This document shows positions 6,973 to 15,939 of a DNA stretch of 16,310 nt, in pieces. The position numbers and the translations under genes were made by a program. Position 1 is the stretch's first letter, and every line of letters begins with the position of its first letter. The DNA is from Archangiaceae bacterium (GTDB lineage Bacteria > Myxococcota > Myxococcia > Myxococcales > Myxococcaceae), in assembly GCA_043750125.1 (NCBI GenBank), contig JAYVCD010000436.1:1-16310 (forward strand), in the 5' to 3' direction. The notes beneath the pieces are model-generated. The model was not told the DNA's origin and ran no database searches. It worked only from the letters and a program-made list of their open reading frames with translations.

Positions 6973-8321
6973 GTCGTGCGCGAGATCGCCTCGTAGAGCG
7001 CGTCGGAAATCAGGTTCGCCTCGTCCACGGTGAGCGAGAGCGGGGGCATCACCACGATCACGTTTCCCAGGGCGCGCAACAGCACTCCGTTCTTGCGCGC
7101 CGCCTGGCAGACCCGGAACCCGAGGCGATCGCCGGCCGGATATTCCGCGCGCGACCGCTTGTCCTGCACCAGCTCGACCCCGACCATCATTCCGGCCCGA
7201 CGAATGTCGCCGACGTGGGGCAGCGACGACAGCTTCGCCAGGCCCTGCGCGAGCGCGTCCATCGCCGGCTGCATCTTCTGCAGCGTGTTCTCGGTTTCGA
7301 ACAGCTCGAGGTTCGCCAGCGCCACCGCGCAGGCGAGCGGATTACCGGTGTAGGTGTGCCCGTGAAAAAACGTCTTCGCCTCTGCCGCGGTGCCGAGGAA
7401 GGCGTCGAACACCCGGGTCGTGGTGAGCGTGGCGGCCAGGGGCAGGTAGCCGCCGGTCAGACCCTTGGCGAGGCACAGAAAATCCGGCCGCACGTCTTCC
7501 TGCTCGACCGCGAACATCGTGCCGGTGCGCCCGAAGCCGGTCGCGACCTCGTCGCAGATCAGCAGCACGTCGTGCTTGCGACACAGCTGCTCCACCGCCT
7601 TCAAGTAGCCCTTCGGTTGGATCCACATTCCCGCGGCGCCCTGGACCACGGGCTCGATCACCAGCGCCGCCAGCTCGTTCGACTTCTCGGTGAGCAGCTT
7701 CTCGACCGCGGCCACCGCCTCGCCGAGGACATCGGTTCCTCCTTTCCAGCGGTAGGGGTGGGGCGAGGGCAGCCGCTCGACTTCGAAGAGCAGGTGTTGA
7801 AAGCGCTGGTGGAACAGCTCGATTCCCCCGACCGAAACCGAGCCCAAAGTGTCGCCGTGGTAGGCCTCGGTGAGCGCCGCGAAACGTCGTTTTTCCGGCC
7901 GGCCGGTGAGCGCCCAGTATTGGTACGCCATCTTCAACGCGACCTCGACCGCGGTGCTCCCGCTGTCCGAGTAGAAGACCTTGGTCAGTCCTTCCGGAGC
8001 AAGCGCCGCAAGCTTCGCCGCCAGCTCGATGCTCGGCACCGACGCCTGGCCCAGCAGCGTGCAGTGGGCAACCTTGTCGAGCTGCGCGCGGACCGCGTCG
8101 TCGAGCTGCGCCTTGCGATGACCGTGAACCGTGACCCAGAGCGAAGAGATGGCGTCGAGCCAACGGCGCCCGAGGGTGTCGATCAACCAGTTGCCCTCGG
8201 CGCGCTCGATGATCAACGGCGCGTCGTCCGACCACAGCGCCATCTGGGTGAACGGGTGCCACAGGTGGGCCTGGTCCAGCGCCATCAATCTCTTCGAGGC
8301 CAGGTGTTTGTCGGGGGACAT
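6969..8321 (-). CDS. bioA: 7,8-diaminopelargonate aminotransferase (class III PLP enzyme)
   Basis: WHPFTQM, SDSGSTAVEVALKMA, YHGDT, DEVATGFGRTG, AKGLTGGYLPL (PLP Lys) and FFHGHTYTGNPLAC; bio operon context. Confidence 0.96.
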   Translation of the reverse strand: MSPDKHLASKRLMALDQAHLWHPFTQMALWSDDAPLIIERAEGNWLIDTLGRRWLDAISSLWVTVHGHRKAQLDDAVRAQLDKVAHCTLLGQASVPSIELAAKLAALAPEGLTKVFYSDSGSTAVEVALKMAYQYWALTGRPEKRRFAALTEAYHGDTLGSVSVGGIELFHQRFQHLLFEVERLPSPHPYRWKGGTDVLGEAVAAVEKLLTEKSNELAALVIEPVVQGAAGMWIQPKGYLKAVEQLCRKHDVLLICDEVATGFGRTGTMFAVEQEDVRPDFLCLAKGLTGGYLPLAATLTTTRVFDAFLGTAAEAKTFFHGHTYTGNPLACAVALANLELFETENTLQKMQPAMDALAQGLAKLSSLPHVGDIRRAGMMVGVELVQDKRSRAEYPAGDRLGFRVCQAARKNGVLLRALGNVIVVMPPLSLTVDEANLISDALYEAISRTT

Positions 8322-8324
8322 GGG

Positions 8325-9485
8325 TCAGGCGAGCTCCAGCTTTTTCAGTTCCGCCAATGCGACGGACAGGTGCGCTTGGGTGTGACCGGCCGAGAGCGCA
8401 AACCGCAGCCGGCTGGTTCCTTCGGGAACCGTGGGGGGACGAATCGGTTTCACCAGCAGGCCCGCGGCGCGAAGGCGAGCCGAGGCTTCGACCGCCGCGT
8501 CCGGACTGCCGATCACCACCGGGAAGATGGCCGAGTCCTGGTGGGCGGGGAGGCCGAGCCGCTTCAGGCCGGCCGAGAAAAATCGAATGTTGGTCCACAG
8601 CCGCTCGCGCAGGGCGCCATCGCGTCGCACCCGAACGATCGCCATCATCCCCGCGGCGCAAACGGCGGCCGGAAGCGAGGTGGAGAAAACAAGGCTGCGC
8701 GCTCGGTTGAACAGCCACTGGCGAACCTGGGCCGAGCACGCGACGTAGGCGCCAAAGCCGCCCAGCGCTTTGGACAGCGTGCCCATGCGCAGCTCGGGAA
8801 CGATTCCCAGCTCTTCGCACAGCCCAGCGCCGCTTGGCCCGCACACCCCGGTGGAGTGCGCTTCGTCCACCATCAACCCCGCGCCGGTCTGCTCGCACAG
8901 CGCGGCCAGGCCTTGCAGCGGAGCGCGATCTCCGTCCATCGAGAACACCGCGTCGGTCACCACCAGCCTGCGTCGCCCCGGAGTGGCCGCCAGCAGCTGG
9001 GCCAACGCGGCGAGGTCCCGGTGGGGGTAGATGACCGTCTTCGCCCGAGACAGTCGCGCCCCGTCGATCAGCGAGGCGTGGTTGAGCGCGTCCGAGAAGA
9101 GGACATCGCCTTCCCCGCACACGGTGGAGAGCAGCCCGAGGTTGGCGGCGTAGCCAGAGTTGAACAGCAGCGCCGCTTCGGTGCCCTCGAACCCTGCGAT
9201 CGCTTTTTCCAAAGCCCGGTGCGCGGCGCTGTCGCCGGTGACGAGCCGAGAGGCCCCCGAGCCGGTGCCCCATTGGTGAAGGGCCGCGATCGCAGCGGCC
9301 TTCAACTCGGGGTCATTGGCGAGCCCGAGGTAGTCGTTGGACGAGAAGTTGATCAATGGACCTTCGCCGTTGACTTCAATCACCGGGCCCTGGGCGGTGG
9401 TCAGCGGCTCGAGGTGGCGGGACAGCCCGCGCGCTTCGAGCGCCGACAGCTCTTCTTCCGCCCACTGTCCGACCGGCCCGCTCAT
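8325..9485 (-). CDS. bioF: 8-amino-7-oxononanoate synthase
   Basis: [51 protein letters not shown] (PLP Lys) and [14 protein letters not shown]. Confidence 0.96.
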   Translation of the reverse strand: MSGPVGQWAEEELSALEARGLSRHLEPLTTAQGPVIEVNGEGPLINFSSNDYLGLANDPELKAAAIAALHQWGTGSGASRLVTGDSAAHRALEKAIAGFEGTEAALLFNSGYAANLGLLSTVCGEGDVLFSDALNHASLIDGARLSRAKTVIYPHRDLAALAQLLAATPGRRRLVVTDAVFSMDGDRAPLQGLAALCEQTGAGLMVDEAHSTGVCGPSGAGLCEELGIVPELRMGTLSKALGGFGAYVACSAQVRQWLFNRARSLVFSTSLPAAVCAAGMMAIVRVRRDGALRERLWTNIRFFSAGLKRLGLPAHQDSAIFPVVIGSPDAAVEASARLRAAGLLVKPIRPPTVPEGTSRLRFALSAGHTQAHLSVALAELKKLELA

Positions 9486-10499
9486 CTAGGGGCCGACGTT
9501 GGGCTGCAGCGCTTTCACGCCTGCGTCTTTGAGCAACTGCATGTCCTGCTGGTACTCCGGGTTTCCGGTCGTGAGCAGCTTCTCGCCGAAGAAGATCGAG
9601 TTGGCGCCCGCGAGCATGCACAGCAGCTGGGCTTCCTGGCTCAGGGACAAGCGCCCCGCGGACAGCCGGACCATCGCGGCTGGCATCATGATTCGCGCGG
9701 TGGCAATCATTCGCACCAGCTCGATCGGGTTGACGGGAGGCTGATTCTCGAGCGGAGTTCCCTTCACCGGAACCAGCGCGTTGATCGGCACCGATTCCGG
9801 ATGGGTGGGTTGGTTGGCGAGCGTGACCAGCATTCCGCAGCGATCATCAATCGACTCTCCGAGCCCGATGATGCCTCCGCTGCAGACCGAGATTCCTGCG
9901 TCGCGAACGCGGGCCAGAGTGTCGAGCCGTTCCTGGTAGGTGCGGGTGGTGATGATGTCCCCGTACGCGGCTTCCGAGGTGTCGAGGTTGTGGTTGTACG
10001 CGGTGAGGCCGGCCTGCTTCAGCGCCTTCGCCTGGGTGTCGGTAATCATTCCCAGCGTGCAGCACGCTTCCATTCCCAGTGCCTTGACGCCCTTCACCAT
10101 CTGCAACACCGAGTCGAACTGCGGCCCGTCTTTCACTTCGCGCCACGCCGCGCCCATGCAGAAGCGGGAAGCGCCGGCCTCGCGCGCCTCGGCCGCGGCC
10201 TTCAGCACTTCGTCGACCGGCATCAGCTTCTCGGACTTGACGCCCGTCTTGTAGTGCGCCGATTGGGGGCAGTAGCCGCAGTCTTCAGGGCACCCTCCGG
10301 TCTTGATCGAGAGCAGGGAACACAGCTGGACCTGGTGTTCCTTGAAGACCGCGCGATGCAGTGACTGCGCGCGGTAGACCAGATCCATCAGCGGCAGCTC
10401 ATGCACCGCCCGCGCTTCGGCGACGGTCCAGTCGTGCCGCAGCGGCACTTCGAGGGGCAGGGCAGTGTGGGCGTGGGTGCGGATCGAGGAGGTCGACAT
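9486..10499 (-). CDS. bioB: Biotin synthase (radical SAM)
   Basis: [16 protein letters not shown] (CxxxCxxC), [29 protein letters not shown] and VRLSAGR. The stop codon abuts the bioF start (TAGATG). Confidence 0.98.
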   Translation of the reverse strand: MSTSSIRTHAHTALPLEVPLRHDWTVAEARAVHELPLMDLVYRAQSLHRAVFKEHQVQLCSLLSIKTGGCPEDCGYCPQSAHYKTGVKSEKLMPVDEVLKAAAEAREAGASRFCMGAAWREVKDGPQFDSVLQMVKGVKALGMEACCTLGMITDTQAKALKQAGLTAYNHNLDTSEAAYGDIITTRTYQERLDTLARVRDAGISVCSGGIIGLGESIDDRCGMLVTLANQPTHPESVPINALVPVKGTPLENQPPVNPIELVRMIATARIMMPAAMVRLSAGRLSLSQEAQLLCMLAGANSIFFGEKLLTTGNPEYQQDMQLLKDAGVKALQPNVGP

Positions 10500-10527
10500 C
10501 CTTCGCTGCTTACCGTGCGCCGGAACC

Positions 10528-10559
10528 TTGTCAACCTTCGGCCGCCCGCAGGTTGACGA
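10528..10559. promoter_or_regulatory. BirA (biotin repressor) operator upstream of bioB
   Basis: TTGTCAACC-N14-GGTTGACGA inverted repeat, 28 nt upstream of the bioB ATG. It matches the TGTCAACC-N14-GGTTGACA type BirA site known from deltaproteobacteria. Confidence 0.85.
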
Positions 10560-11894
10560 CTTTTCCAGGGGACGGCCTGACCTCCGAGTCCCTGGCTCGC
10601 CATGAAGTAAATGCTGCGGGTGGGGTCGACCGCGGTCGAAGGGTCACCGGGCAGCTGACCGTGCTTGCGCCCGCGGCAATCTGGCAGGTACCCCGTCGCA
10701 CCATCGGGAGCACGACGATGTTCGTCATCACATCGCTCAGCCCCGCGGAAGAAGCGGTCAGGACGTAGGTCGTCGAGCCCGTGATGCCCTTGAAAAAGAA
10801 ATCTTGGACCGCGCTGCCAGCGGCGATCGACACCGTCGAAATCGGCAGAGTGCAGAAGACGTTGCTGAACAACTGCAGTCCTACTGAGGGACTCGCGGCC
10901 AGAGAGACGGGCGTGGCAAAGGCGGGCGTCACCAGCCGGCCGGCCGAGTCCATTCGGAGGACGCGCATCGGGGTGCAGTGGCCGGCTTCGGCGGGGCCCA
11001 AAGTGGGGGTGAGCACCACGCGGCTGAGAAGCGGAGCAGCGCTGACAGTCTCGACCTGCGAAATTGCGGCGAAGCCGTTGGCGCTCGCGGTGACGGTCAT
11101 CGCCCCGGGGTTGTCGGCGCTGAAGAAGAACGCGCTCTGGTGGGTTCCATTGAGAACCTGGACGCTGGTCAGCGGCGAGCCGCAGGTGGGAAGCACCGAA
11201 AAACTGGGGACCAGCGACAAAGGCGCGGCCCCGAGGCCAACCGTCACGTTGGAGCTGACATTCGCCGGATTGCCCCATGCGTCTCGGGTTTGCAGTGCAA
11301 TCGCCGTGGGACTGCACGTCGTCGCGTCGACCGTCACCGCGGCCGTGGTGAAGGCGAGCACCGTGGGGGGGCCGGCCGCCACCGTCTGCAGCTGAGCAGT
11401 CGGGTTCGAGAGCCCGGAAAGGTTGGTCAGGCTGATCGCCGGCATCCCCGCGGCAGTGTCGATGTAGAACAGACTGACCGAGTCGCTTCCGAGCGGGACG
11501 GTGAAGTCCCCATTGCCCGCGCTCAGAGTGCAGGTGTCGTTCGCGAACCAGGTGACCGTACCGGTCGAGCTGGAAGTCGCCGTCAGCGCCTGGCCTCCGG
11601 CCGGAGCATTCACCGGGTTGCCCGCGAAATCCTGAAGCTGAACGGAGATCCCATTCGACGCGCCGGGGCAGCGTCCGGCGATCAGATTGCGCGGAACGGT
11701 GGTGAACGCCAGCTGGGACGCAGCCCCGACCGTGCCCCCGCCGCCGGATCCCCCCCCGTCGCAGAGCCCCCACCCGCGCCGCACTGCGCGTCGCTGGCGC
11801 AGACGAAATGGGTCCCTTCGACATCGACGGACTTACAGGTGCAGCCGACGGCCAGGCCCACTGCGCAAAGCATCCACAGCAGGGGCGCCCGCAT
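10531..11894 (-). pseudogene. Frameshifted and probably 3'-truncated surface lipoprotein gene with three Ig-like repeats
   Basis: ATG 11894 gives MRAPLLWMLCAVGLAVG-C (lipobox) and a Cys motif FVCASDAQC. The body (AASQLAFTT...) is in another frame (track ORF 10531-11784). One added base near 11750-11775 joins the two. The C-terminus loses coding character near 10640 and its stop lies inside the BirA operator. Confidence 0.6.
10700..11718 (-). repeat. Three tandem ~110 aa beta-rich (Ig-like) protein repeats, each with a Cys pair
   Basis: SQLAFTT..AGRC..ISVQLQDFAGNPV..TWFANDTC..VSLFY; TVLAFTT..ATTC..IALQTRDAWGNPA..SFSVLPTC..SAFFF; SRVVLTP..AGHC..MRVLRMDSAGRLV..QLFSNVFC..QDFFF. Confidence 0.7.
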
Positions 11895-11921
11895 TGGTCC
11901 GCCATTGTACTGCACCCCGCC

Positions 11922-13670
11922 TCAAGCCATGAACTGCGAGGGCACCAGCGGATCCAACGGGTCCAGATTTTGACGCGCACAGAATTGCAAATAGTCGGTC
12001 AATACCTCGAGCCCGTTTCCCAGATGCTCGAGTGTCTCTTTCCCATCGAGCTCGAACCAGACCGCGCAATGGCCCGCGGCCAGGGGCTCAGCCGACAGCA
12101 GCCCCAGCGCCGAGACGAACGCCTCTTTGCGCTTGGCGTTGGCTCCGCCGAACAGCCCCTTGTCTTTGAGCTGCGCGGCCAGAAACAACTTCATCAGGCA
12201 GGCGAAGGCCTGTGATTCGGGGACCGCTTCGAAGCGGCCGCTGACGCCCTCGAGCCAGTTGGTGAGCTTCTTCCGGTCGGCGCGACTTTCGGCGGACAAC
12301 GCACGGCGGTCCATTCGGGGCGCGTCGGCCGGAGGCAACAACCCCAGCGCTTTCTCGGTGTGACGCCAGAAAATCTGGGCCGCTTCGTCCGGCTCATAGT
12401 CGCCCATTTCGACATCGAGCGAAGGGCGACGGGGGCGGGGAGGAAGGGCTTGCGGCTCTTCGACGATGTCCTGCAGGTCGAGAATCCCCGAATCGCTGCC
12501 GACCGGTCTGCGTCCCGGCACCGGCGTGGTGTTCGGCGGCGGAGAGGGAGGCGGCCCGGGCGGTGGCTGCGGCGCGGTGACATCGGGGTCCGGAATGTCG
12601 AGTCGCCGTGTCACCGCCAGCTGCGGGGCCGAGGGGCGGTTGGGTTCCTGGACCCACATTTCGAACACGCCCGAGGAATCCGGCACCGAGGCAGCGGGAA
12701 GCGGGGGAGGGACGGAAAGGTCGATCGCCTCCATCACCACCGTGGCATCGCTCACCGCCGCAGAGTCTTTCGCGACGGGAGCGGGCCCGACGACGGTCAC
12801 CGCCGCGAGCGAGGGAGACGTGGGGGTGCGTGACACCGCCTCTCCTCCGGGATCCGTCTTCAGGTTCGAGCGGAGTTTTCTTTCCTGCTCGGCTTCGAGG
12901 GCTTCGAAGAATTCGTCGAGATACGGGACGAGGTCCTTCCACAGGTGCTGCAGGCCGGGGTCGTCGGCTACCAGCTCGTCGGCCGTCTCTTTGGAATGGT
13001 AGGCCTCGTGCACCAGGCTGGCGCGGCGCGCGAACTCGCCGCGGGAGGAATCGACGAGCAGCCGGGCCAGCTCGAGGTGGTAGAGGCACGCGGCGAACTC
13101 GACCCGGCGGTTGCCGGCGGGGGCCAGCCCCACGATCGCAGCCTGCAACCGGGCCGCATCGCCGCGGGCCTCCCAGCAAGCATCCAGCGCCCGCTTGAAT
13201 CCTTTGACCTCGAACGAAATCAGCAGCGCGGACGCCTGGGTCCAGAGCGGACCCAGGGCGGGGTGGGCATCGGCGAGCCCGTCGCCACTGCGCTCGCGCC
13301 AGAAGACCAGCAGCTCTTCGGCCACCTGGCTCAGCTGCGCGCGAGCCTCGAGGTCTCCGCGGCGGGCGCGCTCGAGGTCGAACAGCGCGGCGGCAAACTG
13401 CGCTGTCGGCTCGGGGTGTTCGCGCAGCTGCGCCACTGCGTCGGCCAACAGGGCCAAATCTTCGAGCGCGGCCGCACAGCGGTCGACGCCGGCAATCACG
13501 CTCTGAGATGGGGTGGGCAGGGTGGCAGACAGGCGGGCGAAGAATGCCTCTTGCTTCGCGGGGAGACAACGATCGGGTTGATCCCTTTGAGGCGCGACAG
13601 CTGGAATCCGCGCCGATGGAAGAAGGGCAGAAACCTTCGATGCACTCGATTCTCCGCCGCTGCCTCCCAT
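11922..13670 (-). CDS. Hypothetical protein: two predicted alpha-helical domains joined by a long Pro-rich linker; start uncertain (possibly GTG 13499)
   Basis: Long ORF with GC-ending codons from about 13500 onward, an A/L/E-rich N-domain, a PPPPGPPPSPPP linker and a helical C-domain. The first ~55 codons look like read-through from an upstream relic. No family recognised. Confidence 0.75.
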   Translation of the reverse strand: MGGSGGESSASKVSALLPSARIPAVAPQRDQPDRCLPAKQEAFFARLSATLPTPSQSVIAGVDRCAAALEDLALLADAVAQLREHPEPTAQFAAALFDLERARRGDLEARAQLSQVAEELLVFWRERSGDGLADAHPALGPLWTQASALLISFEVKGFKRALDACWEARGDAARLQAAIVGLAPAGNRRVEFAACLYHLELARLLVDSSRGEFARRASLVHEAYHSKETADELVADDPGLQHLWKDLVPYLDEFFEALEAEQERKLRSNLKTDPGGEAVSRTPTSPSLAAVTVVGPAPVAKDSAAVSDATVVMEAIDLSVPPPLPAASVPDSSGVFEMWVQEPNRPSAPQLAVTRRLDIPDPDVTAPQPPPGPPPSPPPNTTPVPGRRPVGSDSGILDLQDIVEEPQALPPRPRRPSLDVEMGDYEPDEAAQIFWRHTEKALGLLPPADAPRMDRRALSAESRADRKKLTNWLEGVSGRFEAVPESQAFACLMKLFLAAQLKDKGLFGGANAKRKEAFVSALGLLSAEPLAAGHCAVWFELDGKETLEHLGNGLEVLTDYLQFCARQNLDPLDPLVPSQFMA

Positions 13671-13810
13671 TCCTCCGCCCCCGGTTCCGCCGCCGGTGCC
13701 TCCACCAGGGCCGCCGCCTCCGCCGCGGCCGGCATCTTTACCCGTTTGCGGGCTGCACGCGGACAGGCACAGGCTTATGAAAATGGCGATGAGCGCGGGC
13801 GGACTTTCAT
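13575..13810 (-). pseudogene. Relic of a Gly/Cys-rich lipoprotein gene
   Basis: ATG 13810 (MKVRP) is one base out of frame with ALIAIFISLCLSA-C-SPQTGKDAGRGGGGGPGGGTGGGTGGGGMGGSGG. A second frame change gives IECIEGFCPSSIGADSSC. Confidence 0.45.
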
Positions 13811-13912
13811 GGGCGATGCACTTTCGTCAGCCGCTCGCTCGGCTGCAATGTCTGCACCTCGAGTCGGGCTCCTTCGCGCCGGCGGGTCTTCAGTTAGCAT
13901 CGGAGTGATTCC

Positions 13913-14704
13913 ATGAGCGTCGTCGTCCGGCCACCTCCTCTGCATCAGCCAGCGCGCGAAGAGCAGGCGCAGGACCTCGCGGCGCCGGTGCAGCCCGAGG
14001 CGGGAATTACACTCACCGAGCTGATTCAGCGCGCCCGCAATGCCTCGGGCGAAGAGCAGGCGTGGCTGTGCACGTTGCTCAACAGATCTCTGGGCGCGTT
14101 GTCGGTGGCTCCGGACAAAGACCGTCAGGCCGAGCTGCTGCTGCAGATGCTCGACGATGAAGCGCTCCATGACCTGGAAGACGAGCGCCGGGTTGCCTGT
14201 CGGGCGGTGGCGGTCGAGGCGCTGCTCAGCATCGGCTACCCGTGGGCGCTGCAGCTGGAGCCGGACGATGTTCAGTTCTTACGCGCTCACCCGCTGAAGG
14301 GGACGAGCGCTCTTCCGCTGGCGCGGATCTTCAGTGGTCTGGCCGGAACGAGCGCGGTCGCGATGCTGGGGTGGGGCGTGGCGCAGATCCCCCAGTGGTG
14401 GAGGACCCAGCTGCTCAATTCCCCGAGCGAGCTGGCATGGGTGCTCTGCTTGTGGGTGACGATGATCAGCGCGGTGCCTTTGGTGTTCGGCCGGCCGTGG
14501 GTGAAGGCCGCACGCTGGCTGATGGGGATTTCGAGTCTGCTCGCCGGCTCGATCGTCGTGTCGGATGCGCTGACCCAGTCGCCGACGATGTTTCACCTGC
14601 TGCTGTTGGCGATGCCTGCGCTCGGAATGCTGGGAGCGTTGTTTCCCCGCGAGCCGACCTTGAATACTTCGAGGCTCGACCCGACCCTCCCGTCGGCAGG
14701 CTGA
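13913..14704 (+). CDS. Hypothetical membrane protein (soluble N-domain plus ~4 transmembrane helices)
   Basis: GGAG RBS before ATG 13913, charged helical N-half ending ...EALLSIGYPWALQLEPDD, then four hydrophobic segments. Confidence 0.78.
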   Translation: MSVVVRPPPLHQPAREEQAQDLAAPVQPEAGITLTELIQRARNASGEEQAWLCTLLNRSLGALSVAPDKDRQAELLLQMLDDEALHDLEDERRVACRAVAVEALLSIGYPWALQLEPDDVQFLRAHPLKGTSALPLARIFSGLAGTSAVAMLGWGVAQIPQWWRTQLLNSPSELAWVLCLWVTMISAVPLVFGRPWVKAARWLMGISSLLAGSIVVSDALTQSPTMFHLLLLAMPALGMLGALFPREPTLNTSRLDPTLPSAG

Positions 14705-14705
14705 A

Positions 14706-14745
14706 ACCCCGCGCGCACCCTCAAAAGCCCGGGCGCGCGCGGAGT
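14706..14745 (-). terminator. GC-rich stem-loop between convergent genes, probably the recA terminator
   Basis: Minus strand reads ACTCCGCGCGCGCCC-GGGCTTTTGA-GGGTGCGCGCGGGGT, a 15-bp stem with two G-U pairs that form only on the minus strand, 8 nt after the recA stop. The U-tract is short (TTTC). Confidence 0.6.
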
Positions 14746-14753
14746 CCTCAACT

Positions 14754-15848
<1,095 letters not shown>

Positions 15849-15886
15849 TTGCGCTTCCTCGGGGGTTTGGACTGCGTCAGGGACCA

Positions 15887-15902
15887 CTGAACAGCCGTTG
15901 AG
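15887..15902. promoter_or_regulatory. Putative LexA (SOS) box upstream of recA
   Basis: CTGAAC-AGCC-GTTGAG, an imperfect CTGAAC-N4-GTTCAG palindrome. The minus strand CTCAACGGCTGTTCAGT matches the Myxococcus LexA consensus CTRHAMRYBYGTTCAGS (recalled) at 14 of 17 positions. Confidence 0.7.
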
Positions 15903-15917
15903 TATCACGGCGAGGTC

Positions 15918-15939
15918 CTTCTAAACCAGAGGGCTGACA
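15918..15939 (-). promoter_or_regulatory. PafBC/RecA-NDp-like promoter motif upstream of recA
   Basis: Minus strand TGTCAG-CCCTCTGGTT-TAGAAG has the TGTCRG-N10-TA spacing of the mycobacterial RecA-NDp motif (TGTCGG-N10-TA-N3-T). The final T is not matched. Confidence 0.4.

Noticed and set aside
5866..6996. 376-aa plus-strand ORF
   Set aside because: Antisense to the ankyrin gene and bioD, with no motifs.
7215..10364. 1049-aa plus-strand ORF
   Set aside because: Antisense shadow of bioA/bioF/bioB. High-GC codon bias removes stops on the opposite strand, and the product has no recognisable motifs.
10388..11980. 530-aa minus-strand ORF as a real gene
   Set aside because: Arg/Gly-rich off-frame translation that overlaps bioB. 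Only the short segment near 10570-10640 looks coding, and it is treated as part of the pseudogene.
12394..13569. 391-aa minus-strand ORF and overlapping plus-strand ORFs
   Set aside because: Alternative frames of the 11922-13670 gene with Arg/Pro-rich, non-protein-like composition.
15849..15908. N-terminal extension of RecA from the track start at 15908
   Set aside because: The region holds the RBS and LexA box, and ATG 15848 gives the normal RecA N-terminus.
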